A stretch of 24,258 nucleotides of DNA from an uncultured bacterium (GTDB lineage Bacteria; CSSED10-310; CAZUFC01), in assembly GCA_964619725.1 (NCBI GenBank), contig CAZUFC010000122.1, positions 1 through 24,258 on the forward strand, in the 5' to 3' direction. A model generated the notes under the pieces. That model saw nothing but the letters and a program-made list of their open reading frames with translations. It was not told where the DNA came from and did not search any database. The stretch's first letter is position 1. Each line of letters opens with the position of its first letter. Position numbers and translations under genes: made by a program. Positions 1-8,090 of the stretch are shown piece by piece.

Positions 1-94
1 GTCTTAAGAAAAATTCGCTCGTTTATGGATCAAAAACCGCAGTGACTGTCCAGCACTAAATTTTGAATCGACAATCGAGTTTATGGACAGTCAC
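1..94. mobile_element. Right part of a ~200-bp MITE-like element (second copy of 24004-24203), truncated by the window edge
   Basis: 1-94 aligns without gaps to 24110-24203 (8 mismatches in 94 by my count). It ends in GTTTATGGACAGTCAC and contains an internal palindrome AGTGACTGTCCA...TGGACAGTCAC. Confidence 0.85.
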
Positions 95-178
95 TCGCTA
101 GTGGTGAACGGTTGATTTGAAATGTCGGCATTGATCAAACATCCGGGTATTTTGTTTATCAAACTGTTCTAAGGGTGT

Positions 179-511
179 TCATCGTCCGTAACGGTCCTGA
201 TAAAGCCGGTAGAGCAGAACGCCGGCTATAACGCCGAGGATGTCGGCGATTGCGTCTGCCAGGGAGCAGTAACGGCCTGGAATGAATGTTTGCAAACCCT
301 CCAGGATGATGCCCAGCAGGATGCAGAATATTACGGCGAAAAGGCGAGTTTGCTTTGAATGAAAAACAGGAAAGACGGCGGCGGACATTACTGCATACAT
401 GATGAAGTGCCCTATTTTATCCAGGTGTGCGTAGGACTCTCCGCTGCCGGGAATAAGAGACAGCGTTGCAACGATTAAGACATAGGTAACGAACATTATA
501 TAGTTTTTCAT
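179..511 (-). CDS. VanZ-like family membrane protein
   Basis: 110 aa with about 4 hydrophobic segments and the motifs DKIGHFIMY, GIILEGLQTFIPGR and DAIADILG. Its start overlaps the upstream stop (ATGA-type coupling at 508-511). Confidence 0.85.
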   Translation of the reverse strand: MKNYIMFVTYVLIVATLSLIPGSGESYAHLDKIGHFIMYAVMSAAVFPVFHSKQTRLFAVIFCILLGIILEGLQTFIPGRYCSLADAIADILGVIAGVLLYRLYQDRYGR

Positions 512-1986
512 TTTTCAGCTTTTTGACCTGTAGAGAGAACGTACGTTTCATCCAGCTCAGGAATGACGGCAGGAAAAGAAAATCTTTCTTCTATGGCTGA
601 TTTAAGTCTCCGCATGCCGTCGGGTTGGCCGTGAACGATGAAAACACGCTTCAGCCTCTTGAAACTCTTCAGCCAGTCCAGTATCTGGTCCTGATCCCCA
701 TGCCCGTAAAAAGCGCCCAGTTCATAAATTTTAGCCCGGACCGAGTATCGTTCGCCGTCTATTTCGATGCGCCTGACTCCTTCTATGAGCTTTTCGCCCA
801 GGCTGCCCGGTTCCTGGTAACTGCTGACGAAACATATCCGGGTGTCGGAATTCCCGATGTATTTCCTGAGGTAGTCCAGCACCTTGCCGGCAGTCGCATC
901 AGCCGTAGGCACGATCACCACCGCCGGCCGTTTGATCTGTCGGAAGGTCCGGTACAGATGAAGTCTGTCCGAATGAAAAGCGGACCTTCGGGATACCGGT
1001 TTGCTGCGGAAGGGGTTCCTGAGTTTATCCGTGTTGTCCGCGTATATTCGAGTGATCCGGGAGGCCGAGGGACTGTCCACGTAAATGTTTATCATGTCGG
1101 GGATTTTTCCCTGTCGTATTCCGAGGTAGATATAGCCCAGTATTTTCTGCGTTCTGGCCAGCACGAAAGAGGGAATGACGGTGATGCCGCCGTCGTATAC
1201 GGTATCTCGCATTATTTTGTAAAGCGTTTCCCGCTGTTCTTCATATTGACCGTGGGATTTGCCGCCGTAAGTGGATTCTATCACGAGATAGTCTGCGGAG
1301 GTGAAATGAGTTTTCCAGTCCAGTATGGTGTTGTAAGCATTGCCGAAATCACCCGTATAAATGAGAGACTTCCTGTCGCGAGAAGGCCCGAATTCTATTT
1401 TCGCCATGGCCGAGCCCAGGATATGCTGCGCCGGATAAAGGCGTATGCATGTCCCGCTCAGCATCTTATAAGGCTCCTTGTAGTCGATTTCCATGAAATT
1501 GGACATCGTCTGTTCGAGATCATACCGGGAATACTGAACGGAACCGGGTTCGTTCTCAGCTATGATCATCTGCACGTTCAGCATTATATCGGTAAGCGCC
1601 CGGGTAGGCGGAGCGCAAATTACCGCCCCCCGATACCCGCCGGCGAACAGCAAGGGCAGGCGTCCGCTGTGGTCCATGTGTGCATGCGACAATACCGTAA
1701 TGTCGACGTCACCGGCATCAAAAGGAATCGCATCGTTACGCTTCAGAAGTCGAGGTTCCATAAAGCTCCCGCAGTCAAGCAATATCTTCTCCAGACCCGT
1801 ATCCAGCAAATGGCACGATCCCGTCATGCACCGCGCCGCTCCATAAAACGATATGACAGCCTCATCTGCAGCGCGCGCCTGCGGATAAGAGCCGAAAAGC
1901 GTAACCGCAAAAAAAACGAGTATCAAACGGTCATGTTTAATGGAGAATATCCCCGGCTTCAAACATCTCCGATTTTGATTTTTCAT
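508..1986 (-). CDS. Metallo-beta-lactamase-fold, beta-CASP (COG1236/Ysh1-like) nuclease with a signal-peptide-like N-terminal extension
   Basis: Motifs LLDCG, SHAHMDH, AQHILGS, YTGDFG, ESTYG, GHGDQ and VHG. ATG at 1986 chosen; the ORF track starts at 2019. N-terminus is basic, then LILVFFAVTLFG, then QARA. Confidence 0.9.
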   Translation of the reverse strand: MKNQNRRCLKPGIFSIKHDRLILVFFAVTLFGSYPQARAADEAVISFYGAARCMTGSCHLLDTGLEKILLDCGSFMEPRLLKRNDAIPFDAGDVDITVLSHAHMDHSGRLPLLFAGGYRGAVICAPPTRALTDIMLNVQMIIAENEPGSVQYSRYDLEQTMSNFMEIDYKEPYKMLSGTCIRLYPAQHILGSAMAKIEFGPSRDRKSLIYTGDFGNAYNTILDWKTHFTSADYLVIESTYGGKSHGQYEEQRETLYKIMRDTVYDGGITVIPSFVLARTQKILGYIYLGIRQGKIPDMINIYVDSPSASRITRIYADNTDKLRNPFRSKPVSRRSAFHSDRLHLYRTFRQIKRPAVVIVPTADATAGKVLDYLRKYIGNSDTRICFVSSYQEPGSLGEKLIEGVRRIEIDGERYSVRAKIYELGAFYGHGDQDQILDWLKSFKRLKRVFIVHGQPDGMRRLKSAIEERFSFPAVIPELDETYVLSTGQKAEK

Positions 1987-2307
1987 TATTTTAATTTCCC
2001 GGAATGTCTTCCCGTTCAAAATTCAATAAGCTTCACGCCTGTTCAGCGCCTCCCTATTGTCTTTCAACCCTACCGTTGCAATCGATCATCGGAACTATAC
2101 CGCCAAAAACCGCCGAACCACAGGCAGTCAAAAAGATTCTACCGCAACCCTTCACCTTTTTCAAAAAACCGGGGACAGCTAAAGAACAAAAATTCACCGC
2201 AGCTTTCACGCATCAAATAATGACGAAGTTAAAAGCAAATGTCCGCCGCGAACAAAGAAATAAGATCGTTCAGGAAAAGTGCCCCGACACCATTTCCCAA
2301 TTAGGTC

Positions 2308-2337
2308 TTGACTTTTTAAACGATCCGTGCGAAACAT
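2308..2337 (+). promoter_or_regulatory. Possible sigma70 promoter of the tRNA
   Basis: TTGACT at 2308-2313 and a weak -10 (AAACAT 2332-2337, 18-bp spacer) about 45 nt before the tRNA. Confidence 0.3.
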
Positions 2338-2381
2338 TAAAAGCTGGTTTTTCCGACTGGAAACGCCGGCGATCATTCTGA

Positions 2382-2455
2382 GCAGCCGTAGCTCAGTCGG
2401 CTAGAGCGCCTGACTGTGGATCAGGAGGTCGAAGGTTCAAGTCCTTCCGGCTGTA
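2382..2455 (+). tRNA. tRNA-His (GTG); CCA not encoded; A at -1, G1.U72, A73
   Basis: Complete cloverleaf: acceptor GCAGCCG/CGGCTGT, D stem GCTC/GAGC, anticodon stem CCTGA/TCAGG with loop CT-GTG-GA, T stem GAAGG/CCTTC with loop TTCAAGT. Confidence 0.95.
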
Positions 2456-2520
2456 TTGAAGGAAAACATTGAGGGATAATGGATTAACGGGATTTTAGAT
2501 TTTCTTGTCTGAAATTTCTC

Positions 2521-2538
2521 TGGCTAAACTATGGCTAA
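2521..2538 (+). repeat. TGGCTAA direct repeat at 11-bp period, resembling tyrosine-integrase arm-type sites
   Basis: TGGCTAAACTATGGCTAA lies about 65 bp 3' of the tRNA in AT-rich DNA, where att arm sites of tRNA-targeting elements usually lie. Confidence 0.4.
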
Positions 2539-2624
2539 TTTTCGGATGAACATTCAATCTCTAATCAAGCATTTTGTCCGCGCCCCTATTTCCCCCCCCG
2601 GATGTATCGGTATGGGGAGCATTA

Positions 2625-2771
2625 TAGGGACTCGCCTGCAAGCCCGGATGTATCGGGTAGGGAAACGTCGATGATCAGCATCCGCCTACAGACTCTCCAG
2701 AATCGCCCAGGTTGAGAGATGCGGTCCTCATAAGGGTTATGGGGTCCGCTTTCAGTTGTGAGGAGTCCCTA
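2625..2771. repeat. MITE-like or structured palindromic element
   Basis: Terminal inverted repeats TAGGGACTC (2625-2633) and GAGTCCCTA (2763-2771). Internal hairpins include CGGTCCTCATAA-GGG-TTATGGGGTCCG and GCATC..CTCTC..GAGAGATGC. Confidence 0.5.
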
Positions 2772-2950
2772 GAGCGGAATTCACCCGAACCTCATCCCGC
2801 CTCCAGGATTCACCAAGGGAATTAGCTCATCAATACTTAAAAACGAACTATTAAAAACGTAAATAAAAAAGTAAACAAACGTTTTAAGCCGCAACAGTAA
2901 CCGCCTCGCCTGCGTCATACCCATCATTGTTTTTCTTACAAGAGAATGAT

Positions 2951-3181
2951 TCAATTCCGGCATTCAACCGGATCGCGTAAACGGCCTCGTTCCAGGTCAA
3001 GCGCCGTTTTTTCAAATTCGTTCACCTGTACGATGAATGCATCGTCGTCTAAACGGTCCGCAGTTTTCCTGAATAACAGCAGCAGGTCTAGAACAGCCCC
3101 TTTTATCTCGCTCAATTCCGCTTCTAGTTCGCAAAGTTCCCACAATTCTTTGCTGAGTTCATCCTCGTCAAATTCACCCAT
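2951..3181 (-). CDS. Small acidic helical hypothetical protein (76 aa)
   Basis: ATG at 3181 preceded by GGAGA, with a near-consensus promoter about 100 nt upstream. Coiled-coil-like ELWELCELEAELSEIK. Confidence 0.6.
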   Translation of the reverse strand: MGEFDEDELSKELWELCELEAELSEIKGAVLDLLLLFRKTADRLDDDAFIVQVNEFEKTALDLERGRLRDPVECRN

Positions 3182-3283
3182 GATTCTCCATTCCATGTTG
3201 ACGCTTGCCTTCCATGCGCCGTAATTCCAGTTCCGGTGCAACGAATCGGCGATGCGGTCGGGTCTGCTGCCGGTTCTAACTCG

Positions 3284-3313
3284 ATTATAGCAGCCGGACC
3301 TTCATTTATTCAA
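3284..3313 (-). promoter_or_regulatory. Sigma70-type promoter with extended -10
   Basis: Minus strand reads TTGAAT-N18-TATAAT with TGn directly before the -10. Confidence 0.6.
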
Positions 3314-3705
3314 GCCTCCTTGCCTTGAGACCTTAAAAAGCCTTCATACCATATTTTTTCAACCATTCCATCGCTTCTGTTCTGGACGGCTTTTTTCACT
3401 TATCGAACTCAAGCGATCCCCGCAAATCGTTGATGGCGCATCACGCAATTTCAGTAACGGTTATCATGAAGGAAAAGCGTGCACGCTTTTTCAAAATTGA
3501 ACGGTTTTAATGGCGACCTCTGCCTGACAAATAAAAAAAAATTACGCCCGTTTCGCTTGAATCGATTTTTAAACCGGTTTAACGCATCGGCGAGTCGTCT
3601 TGTCGATTCGACGAAGGCTGCAAAAAACTTCGAGTGTTTCCGACCTTTTTATAATTGATAACAGGCATCTTTTGACTATATCTACAACGAAAAAAATAAT
3701 CGTTT

Positions 3706-3812
3706 CCGTAACGGTCTTCGCATCACCCGCACGCGAAGGCGCTATGTTATTGCGTTGACTCATGCCGCACCGTTTTGCGCCGGAGAGTGTCGGGTGCATG
3801 CGATGGTTAGGC
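3706..3812 (-). other. Integron attC site (last of array 1)
   Basis: Minus strand GCCTAAC-CATCGCATGCACCCG...CGGGTGATGCGAAGACC-GTTACGG: R'' and R' boxes plus complementary L boxes with an extrahelical base. Confidence 0.85.
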
Positions 3813-3963
3813 AAGGTTCCAAAAATAGGCAGTGGAAACCGAGACAAAGTTGCTGCAATAGAACGCAGCGGTGAATTTTCCAAGAGCTGTCTCCCTCTTT
3901 TCGAATAACAATCAGCAAATATATACAGCTTTGGGTGAAGCGATTCTACTACTTTGCTGCTTT

Positions 3964-5592
3964 TCATTTCTCTACAATCCCCAGAGCACTTCGCAAGCCT
4001 TTATGCACAGTCAGTTTGGTGTCTAAGCCAAGTTCATTTACGCGAATAGATTCCCCATCAATATGGCTAAACATAAATCGATGTTGGGGACCAAGTTTAA
4101 TTCCTAATAAGCCAATTTCGTAAAAAATAAAGCAAAATTGCTGGCGAACTACGTTTACTGACGACTTTTCTTCAATCAACTGGACCGCAGTTTGATAGAT
4201 AAGACAATCTTGCTCGCGTGGCATTAAATTGTCTGTGACCAAAACTAAACAGAATTCATTAATCGATTCATCTGAAATTTCACCCATCAGAAAAGTTGTT
4301 GGGAAACCATATATTAACTTTGTTACTTTGTTTAAATTTGGATAGTCCCCATGCCATTCATCAATCATAGCCCGTACACGTGAAAGGGAGTATTCTTTTT
4401 CGGCACTTTTTAGAACAGACTGGGAAAATTTCGGCCGCCCGGCTGCCTTTGCTATGGCGTGGTTTAGAAAAGCTATAACATCTCGCGGTCGTAAATGTGT
4501 TCGATCTAAAATAAAATCTATCGGGTCTTCCTTTCGAGCAATCTGTTTATTGGGTAGCAAATCCTGAAGTTTCACATCGGTTTTTACATATGTCCCCTTA
4601 ACAAGATAGTTGATTCTCTTGTCCAGCAACTCAATTAAGTTCTCTTTTGCCCATTTTATAGGAAGACATCGAGATTCATATTTTTCTTGCTGAAATCCAG
4701 CTGATCTAGTTTTTCGAAAGACACGCTGAAGTAAATCTTCTCTCAAAGAAATTAATACTTTGGCATGCCGTACCCTTTGAAAATCACGGGATGTTTCTAT
4801 TAGAGAACGGATTAACCTGTACCTAAAGGCATCATCTACCCATTCTTCATCAAGATGATCAAGGGCAATAAAGTATGGTTTTTGTGGATCATCAAGAACT
4901 TTGTCAATCAAGTCGATTATCTGCGTCAATTCACGGATTTGGACCTCATTTACAACATGTTGTGCCCGAGAAACTACTTCGGCTTTCTGTGTATCCTCTA
5001 AATGAGAACCTGCACAAATATTGGTTTTCGCGCCGGGGATTGCAATATCCAGAGATCCTTCAATGTTTGATTCAAGCTTCCGTGTCAATTCTTTAATCCG
5101 ATAGTCGGTTTCCTTCCAAAAGGAAGTACCCCATTTTTTTATATATTGTAATGCCTCTTCTTGCCTTCTGTCAGTGCATCTCCGGATAAAAGAAAAAAAC
5201 CAATTGTTCGTTTGAGTTTCATCTTCAAGTGCAAACCTCTTACGAATTATTTCAACGGTAAATACATGTCGCCATAATAGTTTAAAGAAAATATCAAAGT
5301 TTACACCAGCATCAAAGAGAAAGCTAAGAATTTGCGAATTGGAAACATAGTTCAACGCCAGGTTTTCAGGTGGTAAAAAAATAACTCTATCGTAGGATTC
5401 CCTTAGTTTTAATAGAAGAGCTGTTTTCCCGGTACCTGTTCGTCCAAGGAGGATTCGTCTCGGATCAGACAGATCCTTTAAACTATCCAAGTATCCAGTA
5501 TCAACAAAGCAATTGCTTAGAAATTGATCGTCTTCTGCATCTGCAGCACCGATTGTGTCGAGTGCTTTAAAGCGGTATTTTACTGAACTCAT
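3964..5592 (-). CDS. P-loop ATPase, Sll1717/FunZ-like family (cassette-borne)
   Basis: N-terminal IGAADAEDD..FLSNCFVDT, Walker A GRTGTGKT, Walker B FIALDHLDE, later RPRDVI. GGAGG RBS, AT-rich, lies between two attC sites. Confidence 0.8.
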   Translation of the reverse strand: MSSVKYRFKALDTIGAADAEDDQFLSNCFVDTGYLDSLKDLSDPRRILLGRTGTGKTALLLKLRESYDRVIFLPPENLALNYVSNSQILSFLFDAGVNFDIFFKLLWRHVFTVEIIRKRFALEDETQTNNWFFSFIRRCTDRRQEEALQYIKKWGTSFWKETDYRIKELTRKLESNIEGSLDIAIPGAKTNICAGSHLEDTQKAEVVSRAQHVVNEVQIRELTQIIDLIDKVLDDPQKPYFIALDHLDEEWVDDAFRYRLIRSLIETSRDFQRVRHAKVLISLREDLLQRVFRKTRSAGFQQEKYESRCLPIKWAKENLIELLDKRINYLVKGTYVKTDVKLQDLLPNKQIARKEDPIDFILDRTHLRPRDVIAFLNHAIAKAAGRPKFSQSVLKSAEKEYSLSRVRAMIDEWHGDYPNLNKVTKLIYGFPTTFLMGEISDESINEFCLVLVTDNLMPREQDCLIYQTAVQLIEEKSSVNVVRQQFCFIFYEIGLLGIKLGPQHRFMFSHIDGESIRVNELGLDTKLTVHKGLRSALGIVEK

Positions 5593-5634
5593 GTTTCCTC
5601 CGATTGTGTTTTGTGATCATTAAGAAATCGCGCT

Positions 5635-5720
5635 GCCTAACGGTTCGGATAACCGGTGGCGTAAAATTTGTTTGGATTGGGGGAGAACTCGTCGCCGGCC
5701 GGTTCATCCGATGGTTAGGC
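5635..5720 (-). other. Integron attC site
   Basis: Minus strand GCCTAAC-CATCGGATGAACCGG...CCGGTTATCCGAACC-GTTAGGC. The TAA stop of the upstream gene lies in R''. Its R' GTTAGGC is the exact complement of the next R'' (3806-3812). Confidence 0.92.
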
Positions 5721-6065
5721 ATCGTCGCGCACCCAGCGGTATTCGCGAATCATATTTCCCTCTCTGGTCTCAAATGTCCGCGAGTCGGCAGCTATTACCG
5801 ACTTTAGAATCCAGCCAGCATCTTGACCAGCACTCTTCACTGCATCGTTGCTCATTGTCTCGTGCTTCATGTACAGCGAGATTAGCGGTGTACCTTGCCA
5901 ATAATAATTTTCACCTCCCATAAGGTCCCGAAGCGAGAACCACTCATTTGGTCGATTTTTACACCAGCAATAAACAGCGCCTTGGAGGAAATAGCGGATC
6001 GCGGTAATATCCGATTCCGATACGCCTGTGACATTTCGAAGCTGAGATACGGGCCTTAATGTCAT
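5715..6065 (-). CDS. Hypothetical cassette protein (116 aa, Trp/Cys-containing)
   Basis: AAGGAG RBS and stop codon inside attC R''. Protein-like segment FLQGAVYCWCKN..WFSLRDLMGG..WQGTPL. Confidence 0.8.
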   Translation of the reverse strand: MTLRPVSQLRNVTGVSESDITAIRYFLQGAVYCWCKNRPNEWFSLRDLMGGENYYWQGTPLISLYMKHETMSNDAVKSAGQDAGWILKSVIAADSRTFETREGNMIREYRWVRDDA

Positions 6066-6118
6066 TCGATTACTCCTTCATTTCGAAATAAGTTGAAACC
6101 GCGCATGGCCAAAGCTTT

Positions 6119-6772
6119 CTATAGTGGTCGCCTGGGGACAGATTTGGAGCCAGAGTGTTCATGAGTTAGTTGAAATCCCGAAACTGTAATGTTCGGTGCC
6201 TTAGTTATCACATCGTCTTCGATCGATCTCCACTCATCGATACGACCCACTGCCCCATAGCCATGCCAAGTGCAGGTGAGGTGATACCGATCTAGGTTTG
6301 TGCGTAGGTCATCTTTTGTTGGCCGCAATGTTGCTCTCTTTTCTGCAGGCAAGAAGGAGACTCTATAGCTTGCTACGAATCGGCGTGCTGTGACAGAAAT
6401 TTTTAGTAGCAGTTGGTTCTGAAGCCAGTCTGGGGAGTCACCACCAAGTGCAGTAGCCTCGACCTGAGTACCACCAGTGGGGTCTAACGCTGTGACTTCA
6501 GTAATCCTACCCGGCACTGGGTAGCTTAGGACGATATTGTCAACGCTTGAGTTCAGCAACCCGGGGTTGCGAATCGTAATGTCTACCGCGCCACTGGATA
6601 TGCTTGTTGCGACATCAAGTGAGGGGCGAGCTAAGATCGTAATCGTGAGACCAATACTCTTATCTGAAACCCAAAGTATGAGTGCCAGCATGCCCACCAG
6701 GGCTCCGATAGCCGTTAGTTTGCTTGGCAACGACCATGCCTTCCACTGCCTTTTAGATGGGATCATTCCCAT
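6119..6772 (-). CDS. Hypothetical protein with N-terminal membrane anchor and beta-rich C-terminal domain
   Basis: ATG at 6772 (or 6766) after GAGG; PSKRQWKAWSLPSKLTAIG followed by a hydrophobic helix. The longer 6850 start runs through the degenerate attC. Confidence 0.65.
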   Translation of the reverse strand: MGMIPSKRQWKAWSLPSKLTAIGALVGMLALILWVSDKSIGLTITILARPSLDVATSISSGAVDITIRNPGLLNSSVDNIVLSYPVPGRITEVTALDPTGGTQVEATALGGDSPDWLQNQLLLKISVTARRFVASYRVSFLPAEKRATLRPTKDDLRTNLDRYHLTCTWHGYGAVGRIDEWRSIEDDVITKAPNITVSGFQLTHEHSGSKSVPRRPL

Positions 6773-6794
6773 CTTTCGAGCCTCACGTCGTGTG

Positions 6795-6901
6795 CCCGAA
6801 GCAGGAGGATCAGCCGCACCCGACGCCGAGGTTTTACGTAGTGATTTCACGGCAGTATCCCCGTCGCGCCGGAGCGAAACCGGTGAATGAGCGGATTAGA
6901 C
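6795..6901 (-). other. Degenerate or hybrid attC site
   Basis: Left half GTCTAAT-CCGCTCATTCACCGG follows the HEPN stop; right half is GGCTGATCCTCCTG-CTTCGGG. Spacing matches the other attCs, but both cores are mutated (AAC->AAT, GTT->CTT) and the L boxes do not pair. Confidence 0.5.
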
Positions 6902-6904
6902 TTA

Positions 6905-8001
6905 TCAGTCTTGATGCGGCACCAATACATTTCGGATAACCTTATCATGGAGAATTACATGGCCGATGCTGTCAATTAGCGCAAGGAATTTGAGTGCGAT
7001 TCGCCTTTCTTCGAAATCAGTATACAAACCATGAAGAATGCCGTGTCTGTTTACCTGCTTTGTTGGGTCCTGAACCTGAGCGGTTCTCATCCAGAATGAG
7101 CCATCCCTGATAAATTCGAAAGCCAGCTCGAAGAGTTCCTTCGGAATAGGATTATTGCCCGTGAAAATACAGTGTTCTTCAGCATATCAACCTTGGCTCT
7201 GAACTGGTTCGGTATGATCGCACCTGCTTCCCCGAGGTAGGATGTAATGATCCCCTCGATCTGGGGAACCAATACGTAGACACATGAGATGAAGTTCTCT
7301 GCCAGGTATTCGTTGATGGCATGGCGTACATACTTTAGCCGCTTTGGGAATACGCCAAGTTCATGCCATTCTTCCAACCTGCTCTCCCAAAACGGTTCAC
7401 TGTGGGTAGCGATGAGGACTTGCTCAATTTGATTGTCATCGGCCAACTGGGCGGTCCTGTGTGCGTAAGTCGTGGCTGTTGGAAAGTGGGATGGAGCAGG
7501 AGGCCAGTTTACATCTGCGAGGCGCCTAAGCTGATCAAGAGGTTTTACTGTGTCTGAATAGTGCTGATAATAAGCTATCTTGGCAAGGTCCCACGGAAGA
7601 TTGTCATCGAGGTCCTGGCCTTGTGAAAGGTTGCCAGGCAGATTGCGCCGGCAATCCATAGCCATGAATAGGTCAACGAACTCGAAACGGGTGTAAAAGT
7701 AGGCGCACTTCTGACCGTCGACTTCAGGTGGAACGACCTTTACTCTGTGTGGATATATACCCTTGAGTTCCAGTATGTCCTCTTGTTCAATAGGGTGCCG
7801 AGTTTCCACCTGTACTGTGAACTCAACCTCCTCGTTTAACTCTACGATCGTCCCGCGTGCATTAGGCTTGAAGATCACCCTGAACTGACGGAGTTGCAGC
7901 GGCCGCTGATCAAATCGTAGCTGTTGAGCGGCAAAGCGGCGATCGACCTCGCGAAGTACGTATTGCGATAGCATGTCCGAGACAATTCTATAGTAGCTCA
8001 T
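6905..8001 (-). pseudogene. HEPN-domain protein split by a 1-nt deletion
   Basis: ATG 8001 with AAGGGAG RBS. Adding one G to GG at 7143-7144 joins ...AIILF to PKELFELAFEFIRDGSFWMRTAQ...NRHGILHG (RX4H HEPN motif). Upstream helix LVPQIEGII. Confidence 0.75.
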
Positions 8002-8022
8002 GATCTGCTCCCTTGAATGCTC

Positions 8023-8090
8023 GCCCAACCATGATTATGCGGAAACCGCTTAACGCGCGTAAACGCGTCGATTCTGTCCGCGTAGCACTT
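8023..8090 (-). other. Putative attI site heading array 1
   Basis: Minus strand ...CTACGCGGACAGAATC...TTAAGCGGTTTCCGCATAATCATG-GTTGGGC: a GTTRRRY core 22 nt before the first cassette ATG, an imperfect inverse L box and no attC-type long palindrome. Confidence 0.55.

Noticed and set aside
625-2220. 531-aa plus-strand ORF
   Set aside because: Antisense shadow of the beta-CASP gene with no recognisable motifs.
3569-3967. 132-aa minus-strand ORF after the ATPase
   Set aside because: Reads through the attC palindrome (PNHRMHPT...AGDA is attC translation); no RBS or domain.
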